Part shown: piece by piece, positions 8,908-18,686 of the stretch
Numbering within the stretch: position 1 is the first letter of the stretch
Layout of the letters: every line of letters begins with the position of its first letter
Assembly (NCBI GenBank): GCA_965203555.1
Contig: CBDBCY010000004.1
Span: 2,848,001-2,912,000 of the forward strand
Source of the DNA: Acidimicrobiia bacterium
GTDB taxonomy: Bacteria; Actinomycetota; Acidimicrobiia; Spongiisociales; ZC4RG35
Direction of reading: 5' to 3'
Length of the DNA: 64,000 bases
The notes under the pieces: model-generated
Told to the model about the DNA's origin: nothing
Seen by the model: only the letters and a program-made list of their open reading frames with translations
The model's database searches: none
Made by a program: the position numbers and the translations under genes

Positions 8908-10122
8908 TTAACAGGCCGCTCTCATGGTCGGATAGGGGTTGTAGGCGGGCGAACCCCTCCCGCTGGGATGAAGTTGCAGATGGAGGTGAGGAGGTCCCCC
9001 TTCGGCGTTTCCGGAGTCTCCGTTGTAGGCCACCAGCTGTCCGGAAGTCACCCGGTCGCCCTGATTGACCGCCCAACCGCTGAGATGGGCGTAGTAATAG
9101 CCAACCCCGGTGTCCGAATGCAGCCAGATGCCCCTGCCTCCCAAACCGCTGTTCACCACGGTGACGGTTCCGCTTGCCACCGCATAGAGAGGGGCGCCGT
9201 GGGGCCCGTACATGTCCACTCCCCGGTGGGTCCTGCCTCCCGATCGGGGATCTCCCCACGAGTCCACGAACGCCGACCCCGGGAAGGGGCACACCAGGCC
9301 GGGTATGGGTCCCACGCCCTCGCTCTGCCGCGACGCCCGGGCTATGGCCTGCAGGCGGGCCTGTTCGCGTCGACGGGCCTCGGCCGCTTGGGCGGCCGCT
9401 CTTCTTCGGGCCTCCTCCGCTCTCTTTCGGGCCTCCTCGGCGCGGCGCCGGGCTTCTTGGATCTCCCACTGCCTGACCAGTGCCTGGCACTGCTCGTCAA
9501 GTTCCTCCCAGGCCCCGTATTGGTCACGGGCAGTCAAGGCCAGGCTCTCCACCCAGTCTTTGCGTTGCTGTTCCAACTCCGCCAATTGGGTTTCCACCCC
9601 CGCGATTTCCTCCTGGTGTTGGTCGAGGTCCCGCTGGGAACTGAGGTAGTTGTTTATTTCGGCCAGTTGCGTCTCGGTTTGCGTGGCCAGGTAGTGGGTG
9701 CCCACTATCACATCTGCGGGGGTGTCTCCCAGAAAGGGAGCGAGGCTCAAGGCTCCCTGCTGCATGTACAACTGGATAGCGGTCTGCTCCAAACCGGCGC
9801 GAAGTTGCTCGACCTCTTCGGCCTTGAGGCTCGCCAGGGAAACCGCCACGTCACGTTGAGCCTGGACGATCTCGATCTCCTCCAGCACCAGGTACCACTC
9901 GGCGTTGGCTTCATGGAAAGCGTCCACCGCGTCCTCGTACACCACCAGATGGACGCTGGAGACTGCACAGGCCTTGTCAACTTCTGCCTTCTCTATCTGG
10001 GGCTGTGGGGGGTCTTCGTCCTCTTGCGCCATAGACAGGGTCGCTCCACCGGCGGCGAGGAGCATTCCTGTCAGTATCGCGACGAGGAGCAGGACGGCCG
10101 GGGCCCGCACCGCTTTTGCCAT
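8908..10122 (-). CDS. secreted coiled-coil M23 peptidoglycan endopeptidase
   Basis: Signal peptide, coiled coil, HRGVD, YYAHL and HLH zinc motifs. Confidence 0.9.
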   Translation of the reverse strand: MAKAVRAPAVLLLVAILTGMLLAAGGATLSMAQEDEDPPQPQIEKAEVDKACAVSSVHLVVYEDAVDAFHEANAEWYLVLEEIEIVQAQRDVAVSLASLKAEEVEQLRAGLEQTAIQLYMQQGALSLAPFLGDTPADVIVGTHYLATQTETQLAEINNYLSSQRDLDQHQEEIAGVETQLAELEQQRKDWVESLALTARDQYGAWEELDEQCQALVRQWEIQEARRRAEEARKRAEEARRRAAAQAAEARRREQARLQAIARASRQSEGVGPIPGLVCPFPGSAFVDSWGDPRSGGRTHRGVDMYGPHGAPLYAVASGTVTVVNSGLGGRGIWLHSDTGVGYYYAHLSGWAVNQGDRVTSGQLVAYNGDSGNAEGGPPHLHLQLHPSGRGSPAYNPYPTMRAAC

Positions 10123-10168
10123 ATACCAGATAGGTTAAAACGATTGGCAGGTCAATGATTCGAGGCTC

Positions 10169-11161
10169 TCAGGCGAGGAGGGTGAGCAGGGCGAAAAAGA
10201 CCATCCCGGCACACAGGGGACCGTCCAGGTTGGCCAGTATCCCCGGCAGGGGAGTGGACCACAGCCGTCCGGAGCGCAGCAGGGCGCCGAAACCTTCCCC
10301 GGCCAGATAAGCTGCCGCCAGACCGAACCCGATCAGCAGAAAACCGGTGATGGAGAAACCCCACAACATGGCGCCGAGCAACGACAGAACCACCACTGCG
10401 ATCACCACCGTGTTCTGTCGGTTCAGGAATCGGTTGGTCTTCACCCGCCGGGCAACCTCCGCCAGGATGATGGTGCCCACCGCCACCGCCAGGAAGAACC
10501 CCACGGTCCTGGAACCTGGTTCGTAGACGGCCCGGGCCAGCATCAGCGATGCCAGGGCCCCGCAGGCCACCGTGCCGATCCCCGCCGATATTCCGATGGA
10601 TACCAAGTGGCGCCGGCGGGGCACGAACACCGCTGCTCCCAGGGAGAAAACAACGCCCATGGAGAGGGCGAGGAGCGCCGCGGGCGGTCCCAACAGATGG
10701 ATCAGGCCCACGGCCACCACCTCGGCGGCCAGCAGTGCTCCCACCGCCATCCGGTACCCGCGTTCGGCGGCCGCCGCCGCTATGTCGATCGTCCACAATC
10801 CGACCATGGCTGCCAGGATGGGCTTCCACAGGCTCAGATCGCCCGACAGGTTGCCCAGGACCAGCGCCGCCACAACTATCAGGGTTCCCACCCCGCCCGA
10901 TCCCAGTTCCTTTCCCAACGCCACCGATCCTCCCGACACAGGGGGCAGCAGCGCTATCTCGTCATCGGCGTTGACCGGCGCAAGGGCGTCCACTTCTTCA
11001 CCGTTGCGCCACACCTTGGCGGTTGCCAATCCGGCCGCAAACTGGGCGCCGAAGCGGGAGGAAGCTGTTTCCAGCACCTCTCCCACCGTCTCGCCTTCGA
11101 TCATCACCTCGGAAGCGTGCGCCGCCTCTCTCAGACCGGCGAACAGTCGTACTCTAGGCAT
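10169..11161 (-). CDS. MoaD/ThiS ubiquitin-like domain fused to a multi-pass membrane domain
   Basis: RLFAGLREAA...IALLPPVSGG (aa 1-78), then ~250 hydrophobic aa ending PGILANLDGPL. Confidence 0.8.
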   Translation of the reverse strand: MPRVRLFAGLREAAHASEVMIEGETVGEVLETASSRFGAQFAAGLATAKVWRNGEEVDALAPVNADDEIALLPPVSGGSVALGKELGSGGVGTLIVVAALVLGNLSGDLSLWKPILAAMVGLWTIDIAAAAAERGYRMAVGALLAAEVVAVGLIHLLGPPAALLALSMGVVFSLGAAVFVPRRRHLVSIGISAGIGTVACGALASLMLARAVYEPGSRTVGFFLAVAVGTIILAEVARRVKTNRFLNRQNTVVIAVVVLSLLGAMLWGFSITGFLLIGFGLAAAYLAGEGFGALLRSGRLWSTPLPGILANLDGPLCAGMVFFALLTLLA

Positions 11162-11284
11162 TGTTTATCAGGATAGACGGATCGCCTCTGCGTGGCTGTC
11201 TCTTGTTCGCAAACTGCAAGTATGGCCGTCTCCACGCCCCGGATATACACTGGACGGATTGAGATAACCCGTCCTGGAGGTGAG

Positions 11285-12256
11285 ATGTACGCGATAAGGG
11301 TGGAGAGCCACGGGGGCCCCGAGCAACTGCGGTGGACGCAGGTTTCTGATCGCGGGCCGGGTCCGGGCCAGACGCTGGTCACCGTGTCGGCCGCGGGAGT
11401 GAACTTCATCGACACCTATCACCGGACCGGTCTTTATCCGGTGGAGCTCCCCTTTACTCCCGGGTTGGAGGGGGCGGGGATCGTTGCGGAAGTGGGGGAA
11501 GGGGTGGAGGGGATCGAAGCGGGTGATCGGGTGGCCTGGACCAAGTGCCAGGGCTCCTACGCTGAACAGTTGGTGGGGCCTGCGGATCAGATGGTTCCCG
11601 TGCCGGAGGGTTTGGAGATGGAGTCGGCGGCCGCAGTGCTGTTGCAGGGGATAACCGCCCACTTCCTGTCGCACGACACTTATCCCTTGCGGGAGGGTGA
11701 CCGGGCGCTGGTGCACGCCGGAGCGGGGGGAGTGGGATTGTTGTTGATCCAGATGGCCAAACAGCGGGGGGCGGAGGTGTTCACCACGGTAGGTTCGGCG
11801 GAGAAGGGTCGTCTTGCCCAAAGCGCCGGGGCCGATCATGTGATCAACTACCGGGAAGTGGACTTCGGTGATGCGGTGGAGGAGATCGCCGGACCCAAGC
11901 CACTGGACGTGGTCTACGACGGGGTGGGCGCCGCCACTTTTGACCGGGGCCTGTCGGTGCTCCGTCGCCGGGGGATGATGGTCACCTTCGGGAACGCCAG
12001 CGGGCCGGTTCCTCCCGTGGCGCCGCTGCGCCTCACCCAGGAGGGGTCCCTTTTCTTGACCCGCCCCACGGGATGGGACTACATGACCAACCGCGCCGAA
12101 ATGCTGGAGAGAGCCTCTTCAGTGTTCGGAATGGTGCTGAGGGGTGAGGTGAGTCTGCGGATCGGTCACAGCCTGCCCATGCGGGAGGCCCGCAAGGCCC
12201 ATGAAATGCTGGAGGGAAGAGCCACCACCGGAAAGGTGATCCTCACCCCCAATTAA
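11285..12256 (+). CDS. qor: NADPH:quinone oxidoreductase (zeta-crystallin/MDR family)
   Basis: GVNFIDTYHRTG, PGLEGAG, HAGAGGVG, VYDGVG, GNASG; GGAGG RBS. Confidence 0.9.
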   Translation: MYAIRVESHGGPEQLRWTQVSDRGPGPGQTLVTVSAAGVNFIDTYHRTGLYPVELPFTPGLEGAGIVAEVGEGVEGIEAGDRVAWTKCQGSYAEQLVGPADQMVPVPEGLEMESAAAVLLQGITAHFLSHDTYPLREGDRALVHAGAGGVGLLLIQMAKQRGAEVFTTVGSAEKGRLAQSAGADHVINYREVDFGDAVEEIAGPKPLDVVYDGVGAATFDRGLSVLRRRGMMVTFGNASGPVPPVAPLRLTQEGSLFLTRPTGWDYMTNRAEMLERASSVFGMVLRGEVSLRIGHSLPMREARKAHEMLEGRATTGKVILTPN

Positions 12257-13407
12257 CGGCGGAGTTTTTCCATGCGCTCCAGGGCGATCCGCAGTGTCTC
12301 TTCGCTCTTGCAGAAGGCGAACCGGACCATCCCGGCCCCGTCGGCCGGGTCCTCGTAGAACGTTGACGGAGGGATGGTGGCCACCCCCACTTCTTCGATG
12401 AGGTGGTGCACGAAGGACACATCGTCAGGGAAACCGAAGGGCCGGTGATCCGCCATCAGAAAGTAGGTGCCCTCCGGGAGGTACACGCCGAATCCCAGCC
12501 GGTCCAGGCCCTCCGCCAGCAGGTCCCGCCGGGCGGTGTAGAGCGCCTGCAGGTCTTCGTAGTATCCAGGCGGCGCCGCCAGGGCGGCCACGGCGCCGTA
12601 CTGCATGGGATTGGGAGTGGTGAAAGTCAGGAACTGATGGGCGGCTCTCACTCCGGCGGTGAGAGTCCGGGGCGCCACCGCCCATCCGGTCTTCCAACCG
12701 GTCACGGAAAAGCTCTTTCCCACCGATGACATGGTCACCGTCCGTTCCCACATGCCCGGCCAGGCCGCCAGGGAGAGGTGGGGGAGACCATCGAACCGGA
12801 TGTGCTCGTACACCTCGTCGGTGAAGGCGATCACGTCGTGGGAGACGCACAATTCGGCCAGCAGATCCATCTCTTCGCGGCTGAACACCCGGCCGGTGGG
12901 ATTGTGAGGCGTGTTCACCACTATCGCCCGGGCGCCGCCCGCAAACGCCGCCCGCAGTTCCGCTTCGGGCAGCCGAAAACCGGGAGGTCGCAGCGTCACG
13001 AACCGGGGCGCCGCATCGGACAGCGCACATCCCACCGGATAGCAGTCGTACCAGGGTTGGAGCAGTATGACGGGGTCCCCGGGCTCCAATAGCCCAAGGA
13101 AGGAAGCGGCCAGTGCTTCGGTGCATCCCGAGGTGATAGTGACGTTGCGGCCCGGATCGACGGCCCGCCCGGTCTGATGTTCGAAGCGGGCGGCGACCGC
13201 CTCCCGGAGGGCGGGAATGCCCATCGAGGGGGGATACTGGTTGGACTGCTGATCGATACCCGCCTTGGCGGCGGCCTTCACAAAGTCCGGTCCCTCGAAA
13301 TCAGGAAATCCCTGTCCCAGATTCACCGCCTGCACCTCCAGGGCGCGGGCGGACACCTCGGAAAAGATGGTGCTTCCGAAAGGACGCAATCGGGTTGCAA
13401 CAGCCAT
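12253..13407 (-). CDS. PLP aminotransferase class I/II (YbdL-like)
   Basis: NLGQGFPD, NTPHNPTG, DEVYEH, SVGKSFSVTGWKTGW. Confidence 0.9.
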   Translation of the reverse strand: MAVATRLRPFGSTIFSEVSARALEVQAVNLGQGFPDFEGPDFVKAAAKAGIDQQSNQYPPSMGIPALREAVAARFEHQTGRAVDPGRNVTITSGCTEALAASFLGLLEPGDPVILLQPWYDCYPVGCALSDAAPRFVTLRPPGFRLPEAELRAAFAGGARAIVVNTPHNPTGRVFSREEMDLLAELCVSHDVIAFTDEVYEHIRFDGLPHLSLAAWPGMWERTVTMSSVGKSFSVTGWKTGWAVAPRTLTAGVRAAHQFLTFTTPNPMQYGAVAALAAPPGYYEDLQALYTARRDLLAEGLDRLGFGVYLPEGTYFLMADHRPFGFPDDVSFVHHLIEEVGVATIPPSTFYEDPADGAGMVRFAFCKSEETLRIALERMEKLRR

Positions 13408-13465
13408 GATCAGATCAGATTAGGCGTCGTTGACCAACCACGGGGCCTATCGATCGGTTTGGCTT

Positions 13466-14119
13466 CTAGACCAGGACGGCGTGCACTTCGCCCGGTCCGT
13501 GCACCCCTCGGGTCAGGGTCAGTTCTATGTCGCCGGTGCGGCTGGGTCCGGTTACCACCATGATGTTCGCCATCCGGTCGGGTGATTCGACCTGTGCCGC
13601 CCAGTGCGACAGGGAGCGGACAATCCGGTTGGTCGGGATCAGCACCACGTGCACCTCGGGGATCACCGACGCCAGGCGGGAACGTCCCGGTCCCGACGTC
13701 ACCACCACCGAACCGGACTCGGCCAGCGCCGCCACTGCCGCCGATATCCCGACCTGCACGTCAAAATAGCCCGTCTGATGGGGAATCCGACTCTCGGGAT
13801 CCGAGGGCAGGACGGTCTCTATCCGCCGGTACCCCCGTTCGTCCAACTCGTCGAGCAACCCGTCGGCCGGGAGGTGTTCGGAGTCCCAGGCGACATACTC
13901 GTCGACACCGCGGTCCGCCATGATCTTGGTGATGACCTCAAGGGGCGAGTCATGATAGACCCTCCCGTCCAACTCTTCGAAAGCCTTGATGAAGTGAGCG
14001 GTCAACTCCACCTCGGGCAAATGGGGGAGGCTGGGTTCGGGATGGGTGTCGGTGTGCCCGGGAACCGTGTCGGCGCCAACCGCCTTGCGTATCCGGTTGA
14101 GAAACTCGCTACGTTCCAC
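13466..14119 (-). CDS. lutC: lactate utilization protein C (LUD domain)
   Basis: AESGSVV, TGPSRTGDIELTLTRGVHGP. Confidence 0.85.
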   Translation of the reverse strand: MERSEFLNRIRKAVGADTVPGHTDTHPEPSLPHLPEVELTAHFIKAFEELDGRVYHDSPLEVITKIMADRGVDEYVAWDSEHLPADGLLDELDERGYRRIETVLPSDPESRIPHQTGYFDVQVGISAAVAALAESGSVVVTSGPGRSRLASVIPEVHVVLIPTNRIVRSLSHWAAQVESPDRMANIMVVTGPSRTGDIELTLTRGVHGPGEVHAVLV

Positions 14120-15512
14120 TGCGATTTTCCTTCCACCATTGCCGAAAGGACTGGCCGGCGGGGGTGGGAAAGTCGCGGCTGTCGGTCCATCCCTTGGCGT
14201 GGAAGGGTAGACGGTGGAGCCACTCGCCGTCTCTTTTGACCCTTCCGGCCACACGACCGGCGGCCAGCGCCGATTTCCACAGGGCCGGACGTTTTGCGAT
14301 CTGGCGGTACAGGGCCAGTCCCGGACCCATCCATTTGAAGGGATCGTTCTCCTTGGTCGCCCGAACCCGCTGGTTGACCAGGAGTTTGGGAATGTCGATC
14401 CGCACCGGGCAAACCTCCCGGCAGGCGCCGCACAGGCTGGAGGCGTAAGGCAGGTCGACATGGTCCTTGAAGTCGGCCAGGCCGGGCGCCAGCACAGCTC
14501 CCACCGGGCCGGGATAGACGTGCCCGTAGGCGTGGCCGCCCACCTCCCGGAACACCGGGCAGACATTGAGGCAAGCGCCGCACCGGATGCAGGCCAGGAT
14601 CTCGGACGCGTCGCTCTCCAGGACCTTGCTCCGTCCGTTGTCGACGATCACCACCGCGAATTCGTCGGGACCGTCGGGGTCGCCGGGCCGTCGGGGACCG
14701 GTCACCACATTGGTGTACACGCTGAGCCTCTGTCCGGTGGCCGAGCGGGCCAGTATCTCCACGATGGTGGCCGCATCTTCGAAGGTGGGGACCAGCCTCT
14801 CCATGCCCATCACCGCGATGTGCATCCGGGGAGCGGCGGTGGTGAGCCACCCGTTCCCCTCGTTGGTGATGGTGACGATCGACCCGGTCTCGGCTATTCC
14901 CATGTTCACTCCCGAGATGCCGACGTCGGCGGTGAGAAAATAGCGACGCAGGTGGTGACGAGCCATCTGCGTGAGGGTCGGCGGATCGTCGGTGTAGGGA
15001 AGGTCCAGTTGCTTTTGAAACAGAGTCCCGACATCCTGGCGGGTGAGATGCATCACCGGAGCGATGATGTGCGAGGGGTGGTCCTCGGCGATCTGCACGA
15101 TGAACTCTCCCAGGTCGGTCTCCACCACGGTGTGACCCTGTTCTTCCAGATAGTGAAGCAACTCCAGTTCTTCGGTGACCATCGACTTGGATTTGATGAC
15201 CAGCGACTCTTTTTTGTTTCCCACCAGGCGGCCGATCATTTCGTTGGCTTCCCGGGCGTCGGCCGCCCATAGCACCTGCCCCCCGGCGCGTTCTACCGAG
15301 TCGGCGAACTGGTCCAGGTAATGATGCAGATTGGCCAGGGTGTGGAGTCGGATCTGCCGCCCGCGGTCGCGGGTCTCCTCCATGGCCGCGAAGTCGTCCA
15401 CCGCCCACTGGCGCTTGCCGGTGAACCGGCGGGCGGCTCGGCCCACCGCCGCAGGTTTGGGGGTGGACATCTCCTCGACGGCGCGGCGGCGGAAAGTAAC
15501 CGACTGTTTCAA
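14109..15512 (-). CDS. lutB: lactate utilization Fe-S protein B
   Basis: KSKSMVTEE, ETDLGEFIVQ, CIRCGACLNVCP, SSLCGACREVCP; TTG start overlapping lutA stop. Confidence 0.9.
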   Translation of the reverse strand: MKQSVTFRRRAVEEMSTPKPAAVGRAARRFTGKRQWAVDDFAAMEETRDRGRQIRLHTLANLHHYLDQFADSVERAGGQVLWAADAREANEMIGRLVGNKKESLVIKSKSMVTEELELLHYLEEQGHTVVETDLGEFIVQIAEDHPSHIIAPVMHLTRQDVGTLFQKQLDLPYTDDPPTLTQMARHHLRRYFLTADVGISGVNMGIAETGSIVTITNEGNGWLTTAAPRMHIAVMGMERLVPTFEDAATIVEILARSATGQRLSVYTNVVTGPRRPGDPDGPDEFAVVIVDNGRSKVLESDASEILACIRCGACLNVCPVFREVGGHAYGHVYPGPVGAVLAPGLADFKDHVDLPYASSLCGACREVCPVRIDIPKLLVNQRVRATKENDPFKWMGPGLALYRQIAKRPALWKSALAAGRVAGRVKRDGEWLHRLPFHAKGWTDSRDFPTPAGQSFRQWWKENRSGT

Positions 15513-16288
15513 GTCCGCGGTCCCCCTTCGGCCCGATCTTTGGCCAGCGCCGAGGCGATGTGAAGCACTTGCATGGGATTGTCGCGGCGCCGCAGTCCTC
15601 CTTCCAGGTGCATCAGGCAGGCGGCGTCCGCTCCCACCAGCATCTCCACTTCGGCTTCTTCCAGCCGGTCCAGCTTGGTGTTCATTATTTCGGTGGAGAT
15701 CTCGGGCATTTCCAGGGCGAACAGCCCCCCGAAGCCACAGCACTCCTCGGCGCCCTCCAGGTCCAGCCGTTCCACCCCGCTCACCGACTCCAGCAGAGAC
15801 TCTCCCTCTTTTCGCAGCCCCAGACCCCGGAGCGCATGGCAGGAAGGGTGATAGAAGGCGCGGGTCCGGTCCCCGGCGTCAGATCCGCCCGCCTCTTCCC
15901 GGTCCCCGGCGTGGTCTTCTTCTCTGTTTTCCGCCACGTAGGAGGTGAACTCGCGGACCCGGGAAGCCACCCGATGGGCGAGTGCCGCCTTTCCGGGAAC
16001 ATCGGCCGCCAGCCGCGGTCCGTGATGGATGATGAAGTCGGAGCATGACCCCGAGGGGATCACGATCGGCCCTTCGGTGCGGTCCAGCACTTCCAGGTTG
16101 TGAATCAGCACGTCGGCCGCCTCCCGGCGGTGACCGGCGTTGTAGGCGGGCTGGCCGCAGCAGGTCTGGTCCTGCGGGAATTCAACCCTGGCGCCGTTGC
16201 TCTCCAATTCTTCCACCACATCCCGGCCCACCTGGGGGAAAATTGCGTCTATGACGCAGGTGACGAAGAGTTGAACGGTCTCCGACAT
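15509..16288 (-). CDS. lutA: lactate utilization protein A (CCG domains)
   Basis: QTCCGQPAYNAG, PSGSC, YHPSCH, CCGFGG. Confidence 0.9.
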   Translation of the reverse strand: MSETVQLFVTCVIDAIFPQVGRDVVEELESNGARVEFPQDQTCCGQPAYNAGHRREAADVLIHNLEVLDRTEGPIVIPSGSCSDFIIHHGPRLAADVPGKAALAHRVASRVREFTSYVAENREEDHAGDREEAGGSDAGDRTRAFYHPSCHALRGLGLRKEGESLLESVSGVERLDLEGAEECCGFGGLFALEMPEISTEIMNTKLDRLEEAEVEMLVGADAACLMHLEGGLRRRDNPMQVLHIASALAKDRAEGGPRT

Positions 16289-16324
16289 GGGGGTCCACAC
16301 TAGCGGAGAGCCATTTCGCCAGAG

Positions 16325-17227
16325 TTGTCAGACTTTTGCATTGGTAACGATTCGGGTTTGCCGGGTCTTTGGCATATTATCCCGGTTATCGAATTACGCA
16401 GGACTTGGAGCTATCGGGGACCGGTTCGGGGAGTGATCCTCGACTGGAGCGGGACGGTCTGTGATGCATATGTGATGGCGCCCGCCCGGGGGTTCGTGGA
16501 AGTGTTCGGGGCGGCGGGGGTTGAGATAACCATGTCCGAGGCGCGGGAACCGATGGGCCTGCCCAAGGACCTTCACATCCGAGAGTTGCTGGGGGTCCCG
16601 GCCATCAGGAAGCGATGGAGGGCGGTGCACGGCCGGGAGCCCGACGACCGGGACGCCCGGGATCTGTTCGCCAGGTTCGAACCGCTGCAGATCGAATGCC
16701 TACCCGAATATGCGACGCTGCTGCCCGGTGCGGCGAGGATGGTTTCGAAATTGCAACGCGATTATGGCATCAAGATCGGCGTGACCACCGGCTTTATGCG
16801 TTCCATGGTGGACGTGTTGCTGGAACACGCCGCCGAGCAGGGCTTTTACCCTGACTGCACCGTGGCCGGCGACGAAGTAGCTCAAGGCGCCCGTCCCCGT
16901 CCGTTCATGATGTTCCGGAACCTGGAGCTCTTGGATTGCCATCCCGTGCGGTCGGTGGTGAAGGTGGACGACACGGTCTCCGGGGTGGGGGAGGGTCTGG
17001 AGGCGGGTTGTTGGTCGGTGGGGATCGCCCGATACAGCAACTACATGAACGCCGAGACCCTAGAGCAAGCCCGGTCCTGGTCGGCGGAGGAGGTGGCCGA
17101 ACGCCTCCGGAACGCCCGGCGTCTGCTGTGGGAGGCAGGCGCCCACTTCGTGATCGACGAACCGCCGGAATTGGTGGGGGTGGTGGACGAGATCAACCGG
17201 CGGCTGGCCAGGGGAGAGCAGCCTTGA
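16325..17227 (+). CDS. phnX: phosphonoacetaldehyde hydrolase (HAD family); start uncertain
   Basis: LDWSGT, EAREPMGLPKDLHI (Schiff-base Lys), VKVDDTVSGVGEG. Confidence 0.85.
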   Translation: MSDFCIGNDSGLPGLWHIIPVIELRRTWSYRGPVRGVILDWSGTVCDAYVMAPARGFVEVFGAAGVEITMSEAREPMGLPKDLHIRELLGVPAIRKRWRAVHGREPDDRDARDLFARFEPLQIECLPEYATLLPGAARMVSKLQRDYGIKIGVTTGFMRSMVDVLLEHAAEQGFYPDCTVAGDEVAQGARPRPFMMFRNLELLDCHPVRSVVKVDDTVSGVGEGLEAGCWSVGIARYSNYMNAETLEQARSWSAEEVAERLRNARRLLWEAGAHFVIDEPPELVGVVDEINRRLARGEQP

Positions 17228-17368
17228 CAAGGGTGGCGCCATGTAAACGATCGGCCGTGGCAGCGCCGCCCCTCGGAGGGTGAACAGGCCGCTTCGGAGC
17301 ATTGAAGAGTTGAGTAGACGGGGGCTGATCTGCTGTGATTGGTGAAGGTGGCTGCTAGTCTTGACTCC

Positions 17369-18352
17369 ATGTTCGGAGCAGCGTCGCGCAAGGTCCGCCG
17401 TCGGCTCTTTTGGATGGTGCTGCTTATGATCATGGTGGGACTCTCCGCCTGCGGGAGCGATGACGAGGAGGTGGAGGGCGAGGAAGCGGCCGTGGAAGGC
17501 ACAGGCGCCACGGCGGCCGGTGAAGAGGCCGAATCACCCGACGGAGTGGAACAAACCACTGCTCCTCCCACCACCGAACTCACCACTACCACCACCACTG
17601 CTCCGCAACGACGCATGGGAGTGGTCCTGTTGGCCCCCGATGAGGCCAACAACAGCTTGAACGTGCGCGCCGGGCCGGGCACCCAGAACCCGGTGGTTAC
17701 CGAGTTGTCGCCCGCTCAGGCCGAGCTTGTTCCCACCGGCGCTATCGAAGTGGTGGATGGCCGGGTGTGGCATGAATTGGTCGCCCAGGATGTCGCAGGC
17801 TGGGCATACGGCTATTACCTCACCGAGACTTGGTCTCCTTCCGATGTCGAGCAGGAGTGGGACTGGAGGTCGGCTCTGGAGAACTTCGCCAATGCCCTGG
17901 TGCTGGGAGAAGGTTTAGAGGACACCGTTTCTTGGCGAGGATTGTTCGTGATCCATTTCGATGACAATCTGCGGCGCTGGACACCCGATGACCTGCCCCT
18001 GCTGCCCGAAGACGACAGCGACCTTAGATGGTCCAACACCGGGGCCTCGGCCAGTGAAGGGGAAGCCACGGTGGGGAGTTGGAAGGAAGTCATCGCCGAT
18101 CCGTTCCTGTCCGATTATCTCGACGAGGACGTGAACATCGGGGTGGGAGAACTGACTCTGGGCGCCAACTCAGTGCTGCCCGGTTCCGCCATCTCCTCGG
18201 CGTTCGCCAACTTCCCTTGGGTTGCCATCCACGATCCCGGGGACAACGAAGAATTCGCTGGACTTGACTGGTCCACATGGCTGGTTTTCCTGGAGATGGA
18301 AGAAGACGGTCCCAAGGTCGTGGGCCTGCAGCCCCAGGTCTCCTATCCCTGA
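17369..18352 (+). CDS. lipoprotein with Thr-rich linker and SH3b-like domain
   Basis: Lipobox LSAC; LNVRAGPGTQNPVV..W..GWAYGYYL. Confidence 0.75.
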   Translation: MFGAASRKVRRRLFWMVLLMIMVGLSACGSDDEEVEGEEAAVEGTGATAAGEEAESPDGVEQTTAPPTTELTTTTTTAPQRRMGVVLLAPDEANNSLNVRAGPGTQNPVVTELSPAQAELVPTGAIEVVDGRVWHELVAQDVAGWAYGYYLTETWSPSDVEQEWDWRSALENFANALVLGEGLEDTVSWRGLFVIHFDDNLRRWTPDDLPLLPEDDSDLRWSNTGASASEGEATVGSWKEVIADPFLSDYLDEDVNIGVGELTLGANSVLPGSAISSAFANFPWVAIHDPGDNEEFAGLDWSTWLVFLEMEEDGPKVVGLQPQVSYP

Positions 18353-18686
18353 AACAGCCCAAGCCCTGGACTGACGCCACTGGAAACCTCGCCTCTCAAC
18401 GCTATGTCGCGAATTTCGGTTGCTACTCGCCTTTCACCACCCGGTGGCACCCTCGTTTGCCGCCGATCCTGGCCGTTTTCCCGGTATTTGATGTGGTAGC
18501 GACTTGCTCAACACCCCCACTACGTTCCTGAGGGTTGCGCAACCCTGACACAGTTGGGGGGATCCAGATGATCCTTGCGGTTGGCACACTGCCGAATGAA
18601 CCAGTCCCCAAGATTGGGGTGCTGGGGTACTATGGCTGGAATAGAGTTGGACATGGTGGGCGTGGAAGGGGTGTTGGTGGCGGCGC

